Source of the DNA: a virus
Virus record (IMG/VR): IMGVR_UViG_3300017917_000894
Coordinates: 8,294 to 72,293 of that record
Length of the DNA: 64,000 nucleotides
Strand: one strand, 5' to 3'
Below are positions 60,414-64,000 of the stretch, one piece after another (the stretch's first letter is position 1; every line of letters starts with the position of its first letter). Both the position numbers and the translations under genes were made by a program. Under the pieces are notes generated by a model. The model made no database searches. It saw only the letters and a list, made by a program, of their open reading frames with translations, and was not told the origin of the DNA.

Positions 60414-61046
60414 ATGAAACAATTATCTTATCTACGAGAACATTTAAGTTTTGATCAGTCCGGCATCATTATGGAGTCGGACGATAAAGATGGTAAGAAC
60501 CTTTATCTTAAAGGTATTGCTATCCAAGGCGGTATTCGTAACGCTAATCAGCGTGTCTACCCTGTAGATGAAATTGAACGTGCAGTTAAAACACTGAACG
60601 ATCAAATTCAAAACGGATATAGTGTTCTCGGAGAAGTTGATCATCCAGATGATCTTAAAGTGAATTTAGATCGTGTCAGCCACATGATTACAAACATGTG
60701 GATGGAAGGTCCTAATGGTTATGGCAAGTTTAAAATCTTGCCTACACCGATGGGTAACTTAATTCGCACTATGCTCGAAAGCGGTGTAAAACTTGGTGTT
60801 AGCTCACGAGGCAGCGGTAACGTTGACGATATGAGCGGTAAAGTATCCGATTTTGAAATTATTACTGTGGATATAGTTGCACAACCTAGCGCACCTGGTG
60901 CTTATCCTACTCCTGTTTATGAGCATTTAATGAATGCTCGTGGTGGGTTGAAGGCATATAAAGTCGCTACAGAAGTAAAAGAAGATCCAAAGGCCCAGAA
61001 ATATTTGAAGGAAAGTCTCCTGCAAATTATTAAAGGTCTAAAATAA
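60414..61046 (+). CDS. Prohead protease gp21
   Basis: N.N.RVY, GEVDHP, RVSH, GVSSRG.G and D.VAQPSAP.A. Confidence 0.95.
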   Translation: MKQLSYLREHLSFDQSGIIMESDDKDGKNLYLKGIAIQGGIRNANQRVYPVDEIERAVKTLNDQIQNGYSVLGEVDHPDDLKVNLDRVSHMITNMWMEGPNGYGKFKILPTPMGNLIRTMLESGVKLGVSSRGSGNVDDMSGKVSDFEIITVDIVAQPSAPGAYPTPVYEHLMNARGGLKAYKVATEVKEDPKAQKYLKESLLQIIKGLK

Positions 61047-61062
61047 GCCCGAGGAGAAATAA

Positions 61063-62151
61063 ATGTTGGACGCATTCAAGAGGTTAGTCGAGAGTGGTGT
61101 TATTTCAGAAGATATTGGTTCTGAATTAGAAACCGCATTGGCTACCAAAATTCAAGAGAATCGCGACCAAGTAACCGCTGAACTTCGTGAAGAATTTGCA
61201 CAGAAATACAACCATGATAAGAAGTTAATGGTTGAAGCAATCGACAAGATGTTAAGCGACAGATTGGCCGCAGAAATGGCCGAATTGCATGAAGACAAAA
61301 AAGCTCTAGCCGAAGCTAAAGCTGCATACCAGACAAAGGTTGCAGAAGATGCTAAAAAGCTAGAAGGATTTGTTCTTAAGCAATTAGGCAAAGAGTTAGT
61401 CGAATTCCAAAATGATCGTAAGAAAGTTAGCGAAAATTTTGAAAAATTAGAAAAATTCGTAGTACATGCCCTAGCTAAAGAAGTCAGCGAATTTGCTGCT
61501 GACAAGAAAGATCTAGCCGAAACTAAAGTTCGTCTAGTTCGTGAAGCTAAGAGTAAGTTTGATGAAATTCGTAGTGCATTTATTAAGCGTTCAGCCAAAG
61601 TTGTTGAAGAAGCAGTTAGCAAGAAACTTACAACTGAAATTACACAGTTGAAAGAAGACATTGATAGCGCTCGTAGCAATGACTTCGGTCGTCGTTTATA
61701 TGAAGCATTTGCACAAGAATATGCTGGTTCTTTCTTAAACGAAAAATCTGAAACAGCTAAACTGTTAAAGATTATTCAAAAGAAAGATCAACAACTAGCA
61801 GAAGCAAAAGAAGCTATTGCAGAAAAAGAAACTCTAGTAGAATCTACACAACGCGAAATTCGTGTTACAAAAGATTTAATGGAGCGTAAGCAAGTAATGG
61901 CCGAATTGATTTCACCACTAAGTGGTGATAAGAGAGCCGTAATGCAAGAATTGTTAGAAAGTGTGCAAACACAAAAACTGCGTTCTGCATTTGACAAATA
62001 CCTACCCGCTGTAATGGAAGGCGAAACAAAGAAAGTAGTTAAGAAGACTACTTTAAACGAGAGTACAGAAGTAACTGGCAATCGTGAAATGAAGCCCGAG
62101 GTAGGCTTAGACAACATTTTAGACATCCGTAAGTTGGCGGGTCTAAAATAA
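61063..62151 (+). CDS. Prohead scaffold gp22-like
   Basis: GAGGAG RBS; long acidic coiled coil between protease and capsid genes. Confidence 0.85.
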   Translation: MLDAFKRLVESGVISEDIGSELETALATKIQENRDQVTAELREEFAQKYNHDKKLMVEAIDKMLSDRLAAEMAELHEDKKALAEAKAAYQTKVAEDAKKLEGFVLKQLGKELVEFQNDRKKVSENFEKLEKFVVHALAKEVSEFAADKKDLAETKVRLVREAKSKFDEIRSAFIKRSAKVVEEAVSKKLTTEITQLKEDIDSARSNDFGRRLYEAFAQEYAGSFLNEKSETAKLLKIIQKKDQQLAEAKEAIAEKETLVESTQREIRVTKDLMERKQVMAELISPLSGDKRAVMQELLESVQTQKLRSAFDKYLPAVMEGETKKVVKKTTLNESTEVTGNREMKPEVGLDNILDIRKLAGLK

Positions 62152-62172
62152 TATTCAAGGAGACAATAAGAA

Positions 62173-63354
62173 ATGTCACAACTTTTAAATGAAAGATGGT
62201 CCGAGACCAAAGAAGCTCTGCTTGAAGGCCTACAAGGTACCCGTCGTGCTTCTATGAACGTATGCTTAGAAAACACACGTAAGTATCTTGCAGAAGCTGC
62301 TACAGCAGGTGCAACAAGTGCTGGTAATATCGCTACACTAAATCGCGTTATTCTTCCAGTTATTCGTCGTGTTATGCCTACAGTTATCGCTAACGAAATC
62401 GTTGGTGTTCAGCCAATGACTGGACCTGTTGCACAGATCCACACTCTACGTGTTCGTTATGCCGATGGCGTTGCTTCTGGCGACACAGTAACAGCAGGTG
62501 AAGAGGCACTAAGCCCATTCAAGATCGCTCAAGCATATTCTGGTAACAATGCTTCCAACGGTGGTGCAGCAGTAACATCCGCCCTAGAAGGTACACCAGG
62601 TAAGCGTATGAGCATTCAGATCTTAAAGACACCAGTTGAAGCTAAGTCTCGTAAACTAAGCGCTCGCTGGACCTTTGAGGCTGCACAAGATGCACAAGCA
62701 CAACAAGGTATCGACATCGAAGCAGAAATCATGGCTGCTCTAGCACAAGAAATTACTGCTGAAATCGATCAAGAGATCCTAACAAGCCTACGTAGCCTAG
62801 CCAGCGTAGAAGAAACATATGACCAAGCTCTAGTTTCTGGTACAGCTACATTCGTTGGTGACGAGCACGCTGCTCTAGCTATTCAGATCAACCGTGTAAG
62901 CAACTTAATTGCTCAGCGTACACGTCGTGGTTCTGCTAACTGGGCAGTTGTTTCTAACCAGGCTCTAACAATTCTACAGAGCGCAACAACTTCTGCTTTT
63001 GCTCGCACAACAGAAGGCACATTCGAAGCTCCAACAAACACCAAGTTCGTTGGTACTCTAAACGGTGCAATGCGTGTTTATGTAGACGCATACATGAGCG
63101 ATACAAACGACAACAACCAAGTTCTTCTTGGTTATAAGGGTTCTTCCGAGGCTGATGCCGCAGCATTCTACTGCCCATACATTCCTCTAATGAGCTCTGG
63201 TGTTGTTCTAGATCCAGCAACATTCGAGCCAGTAGTTGGCTTCCTAACACGTTACGGCTATGTTGAGTTAACAAACACAGCATCTAGCTTAGGTAACGCT
63301 GCTGACTACCTAGGTAAGGTTGCAATTACTTCTGCTAACGTTAGCTTCAAGTAA
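62173..63354 (+). CDS. Major capsid protein gp23
   Basis: RRVMP..IA.EIVGVQPMTGP, AKSRKL.A.WT.E..QD, EID.EI, FYCPYIPL and TRYG. Confidence 0.97.
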   Translation: MSQLLNERWSETKEALLEGLQGTRRASMNVCLENTRKYLAEAATAGATSAGNIATLNRVILPVIRRVMPTVIANEIVGVQPMTGPVAQIHTLRVRYADGVASGDTVTAGEEALSPFKIAQAYSGNNASNGGAAVTSALEGTPGKRMSIQILKTPVEAKSRKLSARWTFEAAQDAQAQQGIDIEAEIMAALAQEITAEIDQEILTSLRSLASVEETYDQALVSGTATFVGDEHAALAIQINRVSNLIAQRTRRGSANWAVVSNQALTILQSATTSAFARTTEGTFEAPTNTKFVGTLNGAMRVYVDAYMSDTNDNNQVLLGYKGSSEADAAAFYCPYIPLMSSGVVLDPATFEPVVGFLTRYGYVELTNTASSLGNAADYLGKVAITSANVSFK

Positions 63355-63374
63355 TCAACTTTTAGTTGTAGATC

Positions 63375-63403
63375 AAAAAGTCCGCTTCGGCGGACTTTTT
63401 TTT
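63375..63403 (+). terminator. Rho-independent terminator with a cUUCGg loop
   Basis: AAAAA-GTCCGC-TTCG-GCGGAC-TTTTTTTT. Confidence 0.92.
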
Positions 63404-63432
63404 GATTAAATATTTTTAATTCGGAGGCCGGT

Positions 63433-63858
63433 ATGAATAAAACTGCTCTTAAAGGATTTGAAAATATTTTAACAGAAACTTTAGAACTTCAAGGTTGGGA
63501 AATTCCCAACCCTGTAGTTAATTACACTGTTCAATTATTAGCCGAACGAATAGATAAAAATCCGTGGCAACCAGAGCCGAGTTTTGCAGAACGATATATG
63601 ACTATAAAATCAGTAGTTGATGCACAAACATTAGGTGACACTTGCTTTTTTACTCGCGCAGTTTTTCCAGAATTAGGACAACGTAGAGGAATTAATAGTT
63701 CTTATTATGTTGATATGGGACAAGGCTGCTACAGCTATGTTTTAAGAGTAGTACCAGATCCTGCTGTTAAACAAATGAGAGACCACTTTGAATTTTTAGC
63801 AGAAGTTGTGTGGACATCAGTTCGAGAGTTCGGTCATTTTCGCCCATTATGGGACTAA
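63433..63858 (+). CDS. Hypothetical protein
   Basis: GGAGG RBS; 141 aa with LGD.C.F...FP..RRG...YY..MG...Y. Confidence 0.75.
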   Translation: MNKTALKGFENILTETLELQGWEIPNPVVNYTVQLLAERIDKNPWQPEPSFAERYMTIKSVVDAQTLGDTCFFTRAVFPELGQRRGINSSYYVDMGQGCYSYVLRVVPDPAVKQMRDHFEFLAEVVWTSVREFGHFRPLWD

Positions 63859-63870
63859 ACCAATAAATAT

Positions 63871-63920
63871 TGAGTCTAGATTATTATGCGGAACCCACCG
63901 CGTAGAGCCTAGAACGCTCA
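63871..63920 (+). promoter_or_regulatory. Structured 5' leader hairpin of a late transcript
   Basis: AATAAATA at 63862-69, then nested TGAG/CTCA, TCTAG/CTAGA and TATGCGG/CCGCGTA stems before an AAGGAG RBS. Confidence 0.55.
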
Positions 63921-63938
63921 TAACAAGGAGAAAAACAA

Positions 63939-64000
63939 ATGGGACGTCCAATTAAATCAAAATATTTCGGAACTAGAAAAGGTCTAGGAGTAGGCGGCGA
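63939..64000 (+). CDS. Start of a late gene (3'-truncated), MGRPIKSKYFG...
   Basis: AAGGAG RBS and ATG at 63939; open to the window end. Confidence 0.7.
   Translation, partial: MGRPIKSKYFGTRKGLGVGG

Noticed and set aside
56222-62276. Long antisense ORFs (56222-57025, 59476-59919, 61152-61679, 61788-62276)
   Set aside because: Shadows of codon-biased or low-complexity real genes on the + strand, with no motifs of their own.
1-64000. Stop-codon recoding, tRNA genes, DGR/retron, integrase or transposase
   Set aside because: Core genes are intact in code 11. I recognised no cloverleaf, reverse transcriptase, recombinase or transposase motifs by eye.

Overview
This is a 64-kb segment of a large, AT-rich, T4-like (myovirus) phage genome, densely coded in the standard genetic code. 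From left to right: (1) a DNA base-modification/nucleotide cluster with a 5'-truncated TGT/DpdA-like transglycosylase, a DpdL/QueD-like T-fold protein, a GT-B glycosyltransferase, a cupin, a HIT hydrolase, GMP reductase, an antisense radical SAM gene and QueE; (2) RNase H, a MoxR-like AAA ATPase plus metallopeptidase-VWA pair, DHFR and ThyA; (3) a 32-kb minus-strand tail/baseplate block with fibres, a subtilisin, a 4704-aa protein, gp6, gp25 and a gp5 carrying a GH19 domain; (4) late sigma factor gp55, gp47/gp46 and a stand-alone GIY-YIG gene; (5) a gp26-like gene, tape measure, portal, prohead protease, scaffold and major capsid protein. Three signals stand out. First, a ~450-nt densely base-paired non-coding element with an 8-bp kissing-loop starts right after the minimal GIY-YIG gene. 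Second, a T-TTT-TTC slippery site would fuse the gp26-like ORF to an un-annotated -1 frame ORF. Third, the 7-deazaguanine cluster carries extra, unexplained enzymes. All calls come from reading motifs by eye; no database search or folding program was run.
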